A stretch of DNA of 64,000 nt. Source: Eledone cirrhosa (Eukaryota). Location of the stretch: the NCBI GenBank assembly GCA_964016885.1, contig OZ024755.1:1364001-1428000 (forward strand), given 5' to 3'. Shown here in pieces: positions 22,274-35,689 of this stretch. The notes under the pieces were generated by a model, which searched no databases, was not told where the DNA came from, and saw nothing but the letters and a program-made list of their open reading frames with translations. How positions within the stretch are numbered: position 1 is the stretch's first letter; the number at the start of each line of letters is the position of its first letter. A program made the translations under genes and the position numbers.

Positions 22274-24925
22274 CAATAAGAACGATGATGTTTCATTTAC
22301 ATCTAAATACATGTAAATAAAACTTCATCGATCTTATATAATATATATATATATATTATATATATATAATATATACATACACACAGACTTCTAGTGGGTG
22401 GAGAGAGAAAATGAAAAATATAAAAATATATATATCCTTACACTTCTGTAAGTACTTTGTTCATCTGTGATTCCATTGTAAATATATATTTGTAGAATCT
22501 GGACACAACAAATTGTAAAGTTTCTGTCTAAATAAGAGAGAATGAAGTAGAGAGATATTTGGGTAAAGTGCGAGATATAAGGGAAAGACTTCCTCTAGGA
22601 AGTTATTGCTGCTGCTATCTTACAATGGCAGAGTTTATTTACACGTTGGGATCGGAGAGACAGGATCAGACCATTATAATATAGAAGAGGGGGGGACAAG
22701 TCATCGTTGTAAACATGCTTTCGTTAAATCGGCTTAATTGATCGAATAACCCGTCTAATTAGGGGTACGTGGGCAGTGCCGGATTTAGGACAAATGAGGC
22801 CCTGAGCTAATTAAGTTATGAGGCCCTGAAAGAAGTAGTCCGATAGGACTACATAGGCAATCATCAGGAAGATGCCCGGGCCAACGGGGCCCTGTGCAAT
22901 GGTAAATCCAACACTACATGGGACTATATATTATCTAATGTCATATCCTTATATAAGAAAGATTCTAATAATAGGTGTTTGTCTGATGGAATCCGGCTGC
23001 TATTTTTAGCAGGTCCAGAGACCTTGTAGAGGTTCCCTAGTTAACTTGGGAAATGAATTTTGTTATATTTGTTAAACTCTGTTGACGATGACTAGAAGAA
23101 AACCATTCGACGAAATTTCCGATAATTATTTATAATTCTGATAGTTTTCTAATTTATAATAAATTATCAATAAGAGAAAATACTGTATCATCCCTTCCCC
23201 CTTGATTCTTATTTCTTTTTCTCCTCTTCTGTTCCCTTTAATAAAGAATTTTGTTTTTATTAGAAACTGTTCAATTATTTTTATATAATGTCAACGGCCT
23301 TTCACGACATTGTCAGATTTTGTAGATTGAATAAATGGTGAATCTTTTATATATACACAGACGAAAAAACCAGACTGAGTCAATTTACATTTGTAGAGGA
23401 ATTAAAATCACACTTTGTGTCACAGATTATTCCTGTCACCCCTATCTACAAAGTTTATGGTTTCTTCCATCACACACCCCTTTCTTCGTCTGTTTTAGTC
23501 TTAGTCTCTCTATTCCGCCGTTCAGTTCTGTATTTCGTGGATGTCACTCTAACATAGAGTGACTGTGATGTGAAAGTGATGGAGGGGACACGAGGAGAAA
23601 GACAGACATAGTTGTAGTGGAAGGGGAGAATTATGAGTTCAGTAGTGTTCTTCAGGAACTGTGTTAGTTTCCTCGTCCGCTACTTTCCTCCATTCCCTCA
23701 TTGCGTGTTTCTCATTCTTTGGCAACTTTCTCAACCATTTACATGAATACATCACAAAAACTGAATGTATAAATATATTCATACACGCTGAAATTAAATC
23801 GTGGATTATACATAAATATATCTCTCTCTATATATATATACACACACATTACCTATTAAATATACGTTTTAAGGGACCTGGCCCGCCAGTGCATGCTGGT
23901 AATAATTGAGGCAGGCTTAGATTGTAAAATAGAAGAGGGGGAAGAAAAGGACTATTAATGTGAGAGTTTACTATGTTTACGGACCATTAGCAACAGATTA
24001 CATCAGTAAAAGGTAAGTGACTTTCTTTCTGTCCCCTCACACTTGTCTTCATTCCATTTCAGGATTATTGTTGTGACAAAGGAAAAACCTACCTTAAATC
24101 GCTTTACTATACTTGATTATAATAATTACATTTTATTATTAAAATAAGGTTGAATTGAAATCCCGTCGAGGTTAGCTTTGTTTTCATCCTAATAGGGTCG
24201 ATAAAATAAAGTACCAGTAACGTACTAGGGTCGATTTAATTGACTTTCCCCTCTCCCACCAAAATCTATTGACTTTGTGTGTGAATCAGATACCATTATT
24301 AAAATGAGGTCCTTCTTTCATAAATAAACACTATATATTAGTAAATGTGTCCAATACCTGACGATTTATAAGAAACTACTAAATAATGTTGTTGCTAAGC
24401 CGATCGCTTCTATATTTTATTATCGCGTCTGTTTTGGTTTTATTTTTATGTTTGCTAATATTTCTCCCTTCTACTGCTACCTTCATATTTCTCCATCATA
24501 CCCACTTGAAGACTCTTCCATATTACAGGGAATAGTTATTTAACAACCCTTAACTTTTTAACCTGAAGAAAACCATTCTTGAAGTAGAGACATAACCAGG
24601 GTTTAGCAAGTATAGTAGGTGGCATAGGCGACACTTGAAGGGAGATTAGGGTGCCTCTTGGACTAGGAACACTTTATATTAAAGTCTGATAAGCTATATT
24701 ATCGGAGAGTGGGGGGGGGGGGGAAGAAACTTCTTCGGATATATGATCTGTCTTTGATTATCATGGGGTGAGAAGTGGCTAGATCATTAAACCATTATAT
24801 AAATTATTAGGCCTCCATAGGTAAAAATATATAGTACTGGGAACTACATGACACAGGCTTTACCTCATACTATGACTATTTTAATAGGGTTTACTAAACT
24901 AGTAGTAGGGGTTTGATTTACTGTG

Positions 24926-24969
<44 letters not shown>

Positions 24970-25072
24970 ATCAAAAGATGGTTAAAGGAGTTCCATGTAT
25001 TTTATTATGCGCATTTCAAAAACAAACATCATCATGCGATAATATTTGTGTTTTCATCAGATAAAACAGGAG

Positions 25073-25110
<38 letters not shown>

Positions 25111-25120
25111 CACAGTAAAT

Positions 25121-25238
25121 ATAGGAAAATGTTTAACCCCGACAGCAGAGCTCAAGCCGTTTCGATGGCTATTTCTGGACTCAGAAATAGCCGTCGAAAC
25201 GGTTTGAGCTCTGCCGTCGGGGTTAAACATTTTCCTAT
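25121..25238. repeat. Near-perfect inverted repeat / hairpin
   Basis: ataggaaaatgtttaaccccgac...gtcggggttaaacattttcctat. Confidence 0.92.
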
Positions 25239-25705
25239 TACCCACTCTACTACTTTTGAGTACTCTGATGCGTTATGGTCCATCTGGTTCCTTACCACAC
25301 TTCCTTCGTTATATATATATATATATCATCAGCTTTCGAGACTAAACAGGGCTTGTATATAAATATAAACTAGAAGTTTGTTTATATAAGTGTGTTTATG
25401 TTTTGTTAATGTTTTTTAGACGAATGTTTGACAGCTCCATCACTCTAAAGAGACAAAGAAATGGTAATACCTGTGAAGACAGGTGACATAAAACCTGTGT
25501 TGTTACCGAGAGAAAGAAGGGTCATTCTTATAACCTGATCTAGAGAGTGGTACATATTATTGATTTCGTCTTTGGTGTGTAATATTACTCATATTTCGAT
25601 AATTTAATAAGGGAGATTTTAAAATGTATTTCGGAGGTGATATTAAGGTACCAAATTATCTTTTATACCTATGAATTTTTTTCATGGTTTAATATCTGGT
25701 GTACA

Positions 25706-25742
<37 letters not shown>

Positions 25743-25939
25743 TAAAATAACAGATTAAAGTTTAAGCAAAGAATCGCTGCTTATCGAGCCCTTTTTTGAT
25801 TTTAGTCTTCAAATTTATTATTATTACTATATTATATGTGTGTGTGTGTTCCTGAGTTGTGGGGCAACCCAACAGTTAAAAAAGGCGCTCAATACGTTGA
25901 TAGATTGTAGGTATCTTATCTTTATTATAAATAGAAATG

Positions 25940-26023
25940 ACTTCTACAGGACTAGAACTGTTTCATTCGTATGTAATCAGCAGTATGATATACAAATGAA
26001 ACAGTTCTAGTCCTGTAGAAGTC
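25940..26023. repeat. Inverted repeat / hairpin
   Basis: gacttctacaggactagaactgtttcatt ... aatgaaacagttctagtcctgtagaagtc. Confidence 0.9.
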
Positions 26024-26551
26024 CTCTCTCTCTCTATATATATATATATACACACAGACACACACACACACAGCCTGTCACAAGTTCTACATTCCCTAAT
26101 CTTCATAAATAATTAGTGATACAATTGCTAAATGCCGGCCAGACATCCAATAGCTTTCACTGTTGTGGTAGTGGTGGTGGTGGTAGTGGTAGTGGTGGTA
26201 GTGGTGGTAGTAGTGGTGGTGGTGGTGGTGGTGGTAGTGGTAGTAGTAGTGGTAGTAACAGTTGTAGTAGTAATAATAATAGTAGTTTGTAATGTCTATA
26301 AATTACCGTTCAATAAACTACAGGAATCGATAAATGAAGTACCAGTGTTATATTGAGACAGTTCGTATGGAACATATATCCCTGCTATATATAATTACTG
26401 ATGTAATTACTGGTATAATTCTAAGTACAGATACACTGCAACAACGGTAATTTTTAACACATCTCTCTCTAACTCTAATTAACACACACACATACACGCT
26501 CACACACACACACACACATATATATATATACACACACACATATATATATAT

Positions 26552-26582
<31 letters not shown>

Positions 26583-27094
26583 CATACATACACACACACA
26601 TATATATATATACACACACACACATATATATACACACACATATATATATACACACATATATATATACACACACACACATATATACACACACACATATATA
26701 CACACACATATATACACACACACATATATACACACACACATATATACACACACATATATACGCACACACATATATACACACACACATATATACACACACA
26801 CATATATACACACACACATATATACACACACACACATATATACACACACACACATATATATACACACGTACGTTGAAGTTCAATTCAGCCTCCTGTCAAT
26901 TTATTCCAGTATATATATATATATAGAGAGAGAGGGGGGGGGGGTCCCAAAAATATATACACACTTCAACAGCATTCTAATAAATATGCGTATATATTTT
27001 TAGGGACACCCTGTATGTGTGTGTGTGTGTCCCTGTATGTGTGTATGTATATATATATATATATATATATATACACCTCTCTCTAATTAACACA

Positions 27095-27141
<47 letters not shown>

Positions 27142-28069
27142 GATGGTCGGAATGTGTTGTGTTCTGTGTTCTAATAACTTGGAATTATTTCTCGTTGTAT
27201 ATTTTATTATGTTTCATTATTTTGGATTGGCTAAAAATTATGTAAGTTAAATCCTGTGACTTGTTCTCTGCGATGGCAACATTATTCTGTGTTTTTGGTC
27301 AGCCTGGGTTGTTATGATGCTGGATTCCATATGTAGATAAAGAGTAACTGAACTGGAACTTGGAGTTAATGAGAGAAGATGGGTTGGTAGGGAGGATAAA
27401 GGCCTTCTGCTTTTGTGTTGATACTCGCTGCTAAATAGTAGTAAGTATACATTCTTACATTTACAGAATTCATTTAAAACCCCCCAAAAAATAATCCAAT
27501 TTTATTTCTTCTCTATTATATATAACATGCTGGTGTTGTTTTTCTGCTATTAATTTACCAAATTCCATCAGTTTTGGGTTTCGGTTTGCGTTAATATAAA
27601 TTTAAAATAACAGAATAATATAAATTTAATATAAAATAACAGAATAAAATAATATTTAATATAAAATAATATAAATTTAAAATAACAGAAAAGAGAAAAA
27701 ACAACAACGCAGCTAAAATTATTGGACAGTTAAAAATATTGATATTTAATTTAGAATTAGAATCGATGGGTTGATAATGTTATGGCATTGTCTAAAATAT
27801 ATCTTTATCTAATATGGTATCGTTGTTATATATATAGAGAGATATTGAAGTTATAATGGGGAGATTACAGGAGCAAGAATATAAGAAGAAAGAAGTAGAT
27901 TTGTTTAAAGACATACTGAGGTATAATTCTACATAATACTTCTCCTGTCCCCTGTTTAAAGGAGTTCAGTTGAACAGGTCGACTATATTTACCATATTCT
28001 TCATTGTCTTTAGTACTTTACAAACTGGACAGACTTAACTATGGCCCAAACACCTTAGAATATAATAAT

Positions 28070-28480
28070 AATAATGGTTTCTACATTTAGCACAAGGTCA
28101 GCAATTTTGGGGGTCGGGGAAAGTCGATTATATTGACCCCAGTGCATTACTGGTACTTTATTTTATTGACTCTGTAAGGTAAAGCGAGCCTAATAATAAT
28201 TGTCTACTTTAGGCACAAGGCCAGCAATTACCCAGTACATTACTGGTACTTTATTTATCGACCCCCGTAAGGATGAAAGGCAAAGTTAACCTCGACGGGA
28301 TTTGAACTCAGATCATAAAGGGACGAATAATGATGGTTTCTGGTTGTGATTAAAGACTTTCCAGCCATGGCTATCCCTTCCTTCTCCCTCTTTCTCTCGG
28401 ATCGGACATTACCAATTTAGGGCTTCACCAGTAATACACTGGGATAATTGCTGGCCTTGTGCCAAAAGTAGAAACAATTA
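28070..28480. mobile_element. Cluster of SINE family A fragments
   Basis: ctggtactttattt(t)atcgacccc..taaggatgaaaggcaaag and tail sequence. Confidence 0.75.
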
Positions 28481-28584
28481 TTTGGTAAAAACTTGGCTAC
28501 TCTTTCTAGCATGTCGAATGAACACGTAAAGCAAGTCTCTCTCTCTTTCTCTCTCTCTCTCTCTCCCTCTCTCTCTCTCCCTCT

Positions 28585-29541
28585 TGTATATAACTTGTAT
28601 ATATATATATAACTTGTATATATATATAACTTGTATATATATATATATAACTTGTATACATATATAACTTGTATATATATATATAACTTGTGTATATATA
28701 TAACTTGTGTATATATATAACTTGTATATATATATATATAACTTGTATATATATATATATAACTTGTATATATATATATAACTTGTATATATATATATAA
28801 CTTGTATATACGTTATTCCGGGTTGAATCGGAGGTAACCACAGTAAGTAAGGTACTCAATACATATATATATAACTTGTATATATATATATAACTTGTAT
28901 ATATATATATAACTTGTATATATATATATAACTTGTGTGTATATATAACTTGTGTATATATATAACTTGTATATATATATAACTTGTGTATATATATATA
29001 ACTTGTGTATATATATATAACTTGTGTATATATATATAACTTGTGTATATATATATAACTTGTGTATATATATATAACTTGTGTATATATATATAACTTG
29101 TGTATATATATATAACTTGTGTATATATATATAACTTGTGTATATATATATAACTTGTGTATATATATATATAACTTGTGTATATATATATATAACTTGT
29201 GTATATATATATATAACTTGTGTATATATATATATAACTTGTGTATATATATATATAACTTGTGTATATATATATATAACTTGTGTATATATATAACTTG
29301 TGTATATATATAACTTGTGTATATATATAACTTGTGTGTATATATATAACTTGTGTGTATATATATAACTTGTGTATATATATATATAACTTGTATATAT
29401 ATATATAACTTGTATATATATATATAACTTGTATATATATATATAACTTGTGTGTATATATATAACTTGTGTGTATATATATAACTTGTGTGTATATATA
29501 ACTTGTGTATATATATATAACTTGTGTATATATATATAACT

Positions 29542-29572
<31 letters not shown>

Positions 29573-29580
29573 GTGTATAT
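28585..29580. repeat. (TA)n-ACTTG compound microsatellite
   Basis: aacttg(tg)(ta)n units. Confidence 0.95.
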
Positions 29581-29777
29581 ATAATTCGGTTGCAGTCTTT
29601 TACACCCATCCTTGGTAATCCCAATTTTCTTTATCTAAAATCTTAAAATATAAAAAGGTTTTAATCAGCTCTTCACCAGATTGGTTGCTTTTTTTATATT
29701 TATTTGTAGACCTGGAGTGGGTGGGGGTATGGCTTATAAAACAAAGAATAGTACCCTAGTACCCAGTAGCAGATTAA

Positions 29778-29890
29778 CCCTTTAGCATTTACATTGTTCT
29801 ATATATAATATTGTATTTTCACAGTAAAGGCTTTATCTTACACAATATCTCACATAATGTCGAATCTATCAGATTTGGATATTATCAATT
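29778..29890. mobile_element. Partial copy of the same MITE
   Basis: ttaa-CCCTTTAGCATTTACATT and following internal sequence as in 58958 copy. Confidence 0.7.
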
Positions 29891-32082
29891 AGCAATAGTA
29901 ATATGAAAAGTTCCTAGGGGAAATGTTTCACCCCGAGGCCCCATACAAGCTTATTCCACCCCGGGTAGCAGTACCCTCGACTATGAAGGAAGGGGAGCTG
30001 GGGCAAAGCCTCTGTGATTAAGAGAAGAAATATCTAGAAAGCTGGGCCAGACTGGAGTCACTGCAGTAGGTTAGATGGTGGGTGGGGGTTAAATAATGGG
30101 ATAGTGGTTTAGGGTGGGTTAGTGGTTATGGTGGCTTAGTGGGTAGGGTGGGTTAGTGGTTTGGGTGGCTTAGTGGTTAAGGAATTAGATTCACAATCAT
30201 GAGGTTGCAAGTTTGATTCCCAGATTGGCTGATGTATCCCTGAAAACCAGAATTAAACCCTGTCTTAAGGCCTCCTTTGGTCAGGGCTAACATTGGGTAG
30301 TATCCTCTTGTCAGCTCAGCTGGAGCAGCGTCTGTACAAAGCTGGTAATAGCCCCAAACCATAATACACTATATATATATATATATATATACATACAGGC
30401 CCTCCAAGAGAAATTTTGCAATGCGGTACAAGGCCCCTTTGGGACCCCGAAGCAGGCAAAGATTTTTCTCAAAATGGATGTTGCATGGTTGTTGTGGGGC
30501 CTTCTTAGTTCTTGGATCCCAGAACAAAGTACTGGCTGGACCCCTTCCCTCTAATAGGCCCTGCACATATACCTGTAACCCATATATTAATGATACACGT
30601 GTTAGCAATGGTTATTAATCTACACAGACCTGGAGAGGGGATGGGCTCCACCACGTTTAAAATACCCCCAAAACATTGTATGTCATTACAGCACCCCCTA
30701 CAACTCCATCAGGACCATTAATATACCATCATACCATTAATATACTCAATGACTTGTTTGAAACGGGGTTTACATTTCACATTTTACCTGGGCTTAGTAC
30801 CAGCTATGGGAAGCCTATATTTTACTTTCAGTCGAGGCCTATTACCAGCTTTGGGGAACCTATAATTTACTTTCAGTCGAGGCCTATTACCAGCTTTAGT
30901 GGGCCTATATTTTACTTATGGTTTGAGCCTATTACCAGCTTTGCACAGGTTTTTGTGTGCCAGCTACCACATAGAGCCTAGCCAAGAATCAGACTGTTGA
31001 GGAATGGTGGGTTATGAAGCTGTCCTGGAATTACTTCTCCAGAACAATAGCAGAAATTCAACTGAGGACTGTTAACAGCACAAAGCTGTGCTACTTGTTA
31101 ATTTTAGAGTATAAACAAAAAAACCACAATTTACAACACTGTTGTTGCTGTTGTTATTGTTGTTATTGTTGTAGCTTAGTGTGACTAGCAGCTGGGTGAA
31201 ATTGGTAAATCTCGGTAACAGACTGTTGACCTTTCACCTGGTTGGTTAGTTCTCTCTTCTTGCAGCCATTCTAGCATTATCCACCATTAATAATTACAAC
31301 TAACATTCTATTATTAATTGTTATTGTATATAAAACATTTCCAAAGACATTAAATTCACTCCATGATTTGTTTCTGGCTCTCTTTCCTTTCTTTCCTCTC
31401 TTTCATCGTCACCTGATCTTTTTACACACCAGAATTAATCATATGTTATTGTATTGTTTAATATTTTAATTTATTATGGCACCCAGTCCACTCTGTAAAT
31501 GTTGTTGGTGTTAGGAAGGACATCCAGTTGTAGAAACCAGGCCAGAAATGGTTCTTTATTATGAGCATGTCATGGCCACCTGATCTGAATTGTCTCACAG
31601 CAGGACAACTCGTCTAACCCATGCTTGCATAGAAAATTGATGTTAAACAACAACAATAATAATGATGATTTTATTGTGGAAGCAGCACTAGAGAAGGTGG
31701 ACAGGGGACATGTTAACCTCCCTAACTGGTGCCACAGATGTACTCAGTCCACTCTATAAAGGGGGCTCACATTAGAAACAACATCCAGTGATAGAATTTA
31801 TACCAAGTTAAGAGTTGAGAGGACATGATAGACTCCCTAGTGATGGTGTCATGACAGAATGTACCCAGTACACTCTGTAAAAATGGTTGGCATAATGAAG
31901 GGTATCGAGCCATAAATGACCAAACCAGAAATGTAGTATACAAGCAAAACGTAGTCACTAGACATGTCTATCCTTAGAATTTCACAACCTATCTAACCCA
32001 AGCATGGAAAGTAGATGTTAAATGATTATGATGATGATGATGAATTCAACAAATTTATGTCAACCAGATTATTCTAAAATAA

Positions 32083-32360
32083 AGTCTAAAGTCTGTCTCG
32101 AGTCCCTGGGGTTCATCAGGTCAGTGCTTCTCCTGCTTTTTGTGGCGTCAATCAACTAAGAGTACAAGACTTCTCCCTGGACAGGACTCCAGTCTATCAC
32201 AGGGTAAAACCCCCAGATATTGCTGGTACTCTTAGCTGAGTACACTGGAGCAACGTGAAATGAAGTGTTTTGCTCAAGAACATAACACACAGCCCAGACC
32301 AGGGATCAAACCCACAACATTATGGTCATAAGTCCAACACACTTACCACTAGGCCACGCA
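32083..32360 (-). mobile_element. SINE family B
   Basis: Full-length homologue of 5750-6022 with A-box tggcctagtggtaag. Confidence 0.8.
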
Positions 32361-33024
32361 ATTATTGTATTTGGAAATAATTAAGACCCTCACCTGCCCT
32401 GGTATATATTTGTATATTTGTGATGAATGGCTCCCCACCTCATCTGATTAAGTTGTTGACTGATGAGAATTCAGTTTCCTAGGGAAAGTAAAGTGTTTTA
32501 AGATATTAACTTAAATATGTTATGTAAGTAGAAGTGACATATTAGCATTATGTTGAAGTCTAATTAACAGTCTACTCTATAAATAAGCTAAATTAATCTT
32601 TATATAACATTAGCTATATTATCTTGGAATGGAAATTACTTGTACAGCTACTGTTACAGTTACAGTTGGTATTCTAGATGAATAAAATGGTAAAAGAAAA
32701 CTACAGGCACCACCCATGTGAGAAGCAATGGGGAAGTATTAAGATATTTAATGATGTGAGCTTTTGAAAAGCTAATTAGAGATAAATATGCCGTCAGGAA
32801 AAGACAGTATTAGCTTAATGACTAATATTTTAACCCTTTCATTGCCATATTTCAAATTAATTTTGAAAATAACCAAAAATATGAAGGAATTTAATGAATT
32901 CTCTCCTCCAGTTGAGCTCCACTTTTGTTTGTTATATAAATAAATCTTCTTTACCTTTACACCTGTATAGTAAAGGGTCTCAACACCTGTAAGGTAAAGG
33001 GTATTATATTTGTTACTGTTGTTT

Positions 33025-33295
33025 AGATGGTATAAGTTGGTATACCACTATTGGTATACCACTGTTGGTATACCACTATTGGTATACCACTGTTGGTATA
33101 CTACTGTTGGTATACCACTGTTGGTATATTACAGTTTAGTTGGTATACTACTGTTGGTATACCACTGTTGGTATATTACAGTTTAGTTGGTATACCACTA
33201 TTGGTATACCACTGTTGGTATATTACAGTTTAGTTGGTATACCACTATTGGTATACCACTGTTGGTATATTACAGTTTAGTTGGTATACTACTGC
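33025..33295. repeat. 14-bp palindromic minisatellite (ttggtataccactg)
   Basis: Direct reading. Confidence 0.9.
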
Positions 33296-34161
33296 CTAGA
33301 ATGACTTCAGTTTTTCCTTTCTGTTTTAATTAAAAACACATTTACCCACATCTTATTTCACCAAAGAATTTTACACTTTTGTTTTCATACTATTTTCTTT
33401 TTTTTTGTCTCTTATTCCATCTGTTTATTCCCAGTCTGTCCCTTTATTCCCAGTCTGTCCCTTCATTCCCAGTCTGTCCCTTCATTCCCAGTCTGTCCCT
33501 TTATTCCCAGTCTGTCCCCTTATTCCCAGTCTGTCCCCTTATAAACCTCTTGTTCTCCTTAATCTTCTTTCCTCCAATGTTTCCACCCCAAATTCTTCAA
33601 CGGAGGGGGGGGGGCTCTCCCCTCCCTACACCCATATCTTATATTCTGCAGTCTTTACACCCACCCCATCACCCCACACCACCCTTTTTCTCCTTTCTTT
33701 ATCAAAGATAACTTCAAGAGATTTAACATATTTTTCTCCATTTTACTTTCTTTGTTTCCTGTTTTCAGCCTTAAGCCCCCCCCCCCTCCTTCTGTAGAAT
33801 TAGGGATATCTGTTTTTTGTGGCAACAGTTTTATTGTCTGCAGGGTGTAGGGAGTGGCTCAGATAACTGACAAGGTAGGGCTTGCACCCTTTTTTCCCTT
33901 TTTTGCTTGTTTAGAGTTTTGCTTTTCTTTTTTTTAAGAATCATTTTTGTGTTTTCTTCTTTTGCCATTTTTATACTTTTTATTTTTGTTGTGTCTGTCT
34001 GTGTGTCTGTCTGTGTGTGTGTGTGTCTGTCTGTGTGTGTGTGTGTGTCTGTCTGTCTGTCTGTGTGTGTCTGTCTGTCTGTCTGTCTGTCTGTGTGTGT
34101 GTGTGTCTGTCTGTGTGTGTCTGTCTGTCTGTGTGTGTCTGTCTGTGTGTGTGTGTCTGTC

Positions 34162-34209
<48 letters not shown>

Positions 34210-34659
34210 TTTGTCTGTCTGTCTGTGTGTGTGTGTCTATCTGTGTGTCTACATGTCTGTCTGTGTGTAACACATCACATCAGACTATATTAACAACTTA
34301 TATATTATTTACTATGATGATGATGATGACGATGGTGGTGGTGGTGGTGATAGCGATGGTGGTGGTGGTGGTGGTAATGATGATGGTGATGGCTGAACTA
34401 AAATGACAGCAGTAATCTTGTCCAAAAGCCACCAGTTCCAACTCTGCAACATTTCTCCACTTTGTTTACCATACTGCAAAAATCAATACTGTTCCCACAT
34501 AACAATTGATTTGTTGCTATTTCAATGTAAATCCAGCTGTAGAACAGCTGCAGAATTCCTGCAAATATTTCTGTCTTCAGAAACATTCAACCTATTTTCA
34601 CATAAAATTTGAATCTTAGATAACAGAATCCTAGCATTCCATTAGGTTCCCCTTAAAAT

Positions 34660-34943
34660 GGAAGTGTGTGGCCTAGTGGTAAGTGTGTTGGACTTACAAG
34701 CATAATGTTGTGTATTCAATTCCTGGACTGGGTTGTGTATTGAGTTCTTGAGCAAAACATTTCATTTCATGTTGCTCCAGTATACTCAACTGAAAATGAG
34801 TACCAGCGATATGTGAGGGTTTAACCCTGCAATAAACTGGCATCCTGTCCAGGAGGGGAGTGTCTTGTACTCTCAGTTGCTTAATGCCACCGAAACTGTG
34901 ATAAGTATCTGTCTGATGAGTCTCCAGGCTCAAGACAGACTTT
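34660..34943 (+). mobile_element. SINE family B
   Basis: tggcctagtggtaag head, same core and tail. Confidence 0.8.
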
Positions 34944-35014
34944 TAAAGTAGAGCCTCCTTGCTAGAATTTTAAAAAGATCTTAATTTTGCCATCTCATTA
35001 AACTATATACATGT

Positions 35015-35262
35015 GTGTGTGTGTGTGACAGCTCACACCTATGCAAGTTTAGCTGGCCTCCTCCAAGGTATATCTCGTTGGAGGTGTCTTGGGTAATTTA
35101 ATGATAGGGACCCCAGTCCTATCATCTCATTTCTACAGCTGAGTAAACTGGAGCAACATGAAATAAAGTATCTTGCTCAAGGAAACAACACATCACCCGG
35201 TCCGAGAATTGACCTTTCGATTGCAAGCCCAATGCTCTAACCACTAGGCCATGGGCCTTCAC
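35015..35262 (-). mobile_element. SINE family C
   Basis: Reverse complement of 9142-9390. Confidence 0.8.
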
Positions 35263-35633
35263 ATATATATGTGTACTTCATCACATAGTCTGTTTAGTTA
35301 ATTGTAGAGATTCATATAAAGTTATTTAATATTAACCTCAATAAACCTGTTGGCAGAGTTCTTCTCTGGAACTGTGATGTGTGCAGATGAGTTAGGTGAC
35401 CAGCTACACTGAAAGATGTTCTTGAAGGTAACACCAGGCTGGAAACTGGGGAAATTTCAGAGTGCAATGCTGGACAGGGTGAACTGGATGACACCGGTAA
35501 CAGAAGAAGAAGAATGGCTCCAAGGAAATTTCTTGGTTGTTGTAAACTCAGATGCTGTAATTACTCTGACATATTTATTTCCTAATTGTATCGTTTGGAT
35601 AATTATATCATTATCATAACTCATAACATTTCA

Positions 35634-35689
<56 letters not shown>

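Noticed and set aside
22774-22915. hAT-like MITE (cagtgccggattta...taaatccaacact)
   Set aside because: Imperfect TIR and no convincing 8-bp target duplication; left unannotated
26132-29624. Poly-V, CV/YI and HKLYI ORFs
   Set aside because: Microsatellite translations; the same applies to 1968-2282, 33907-34406, 36510-37224 and 50050-50572
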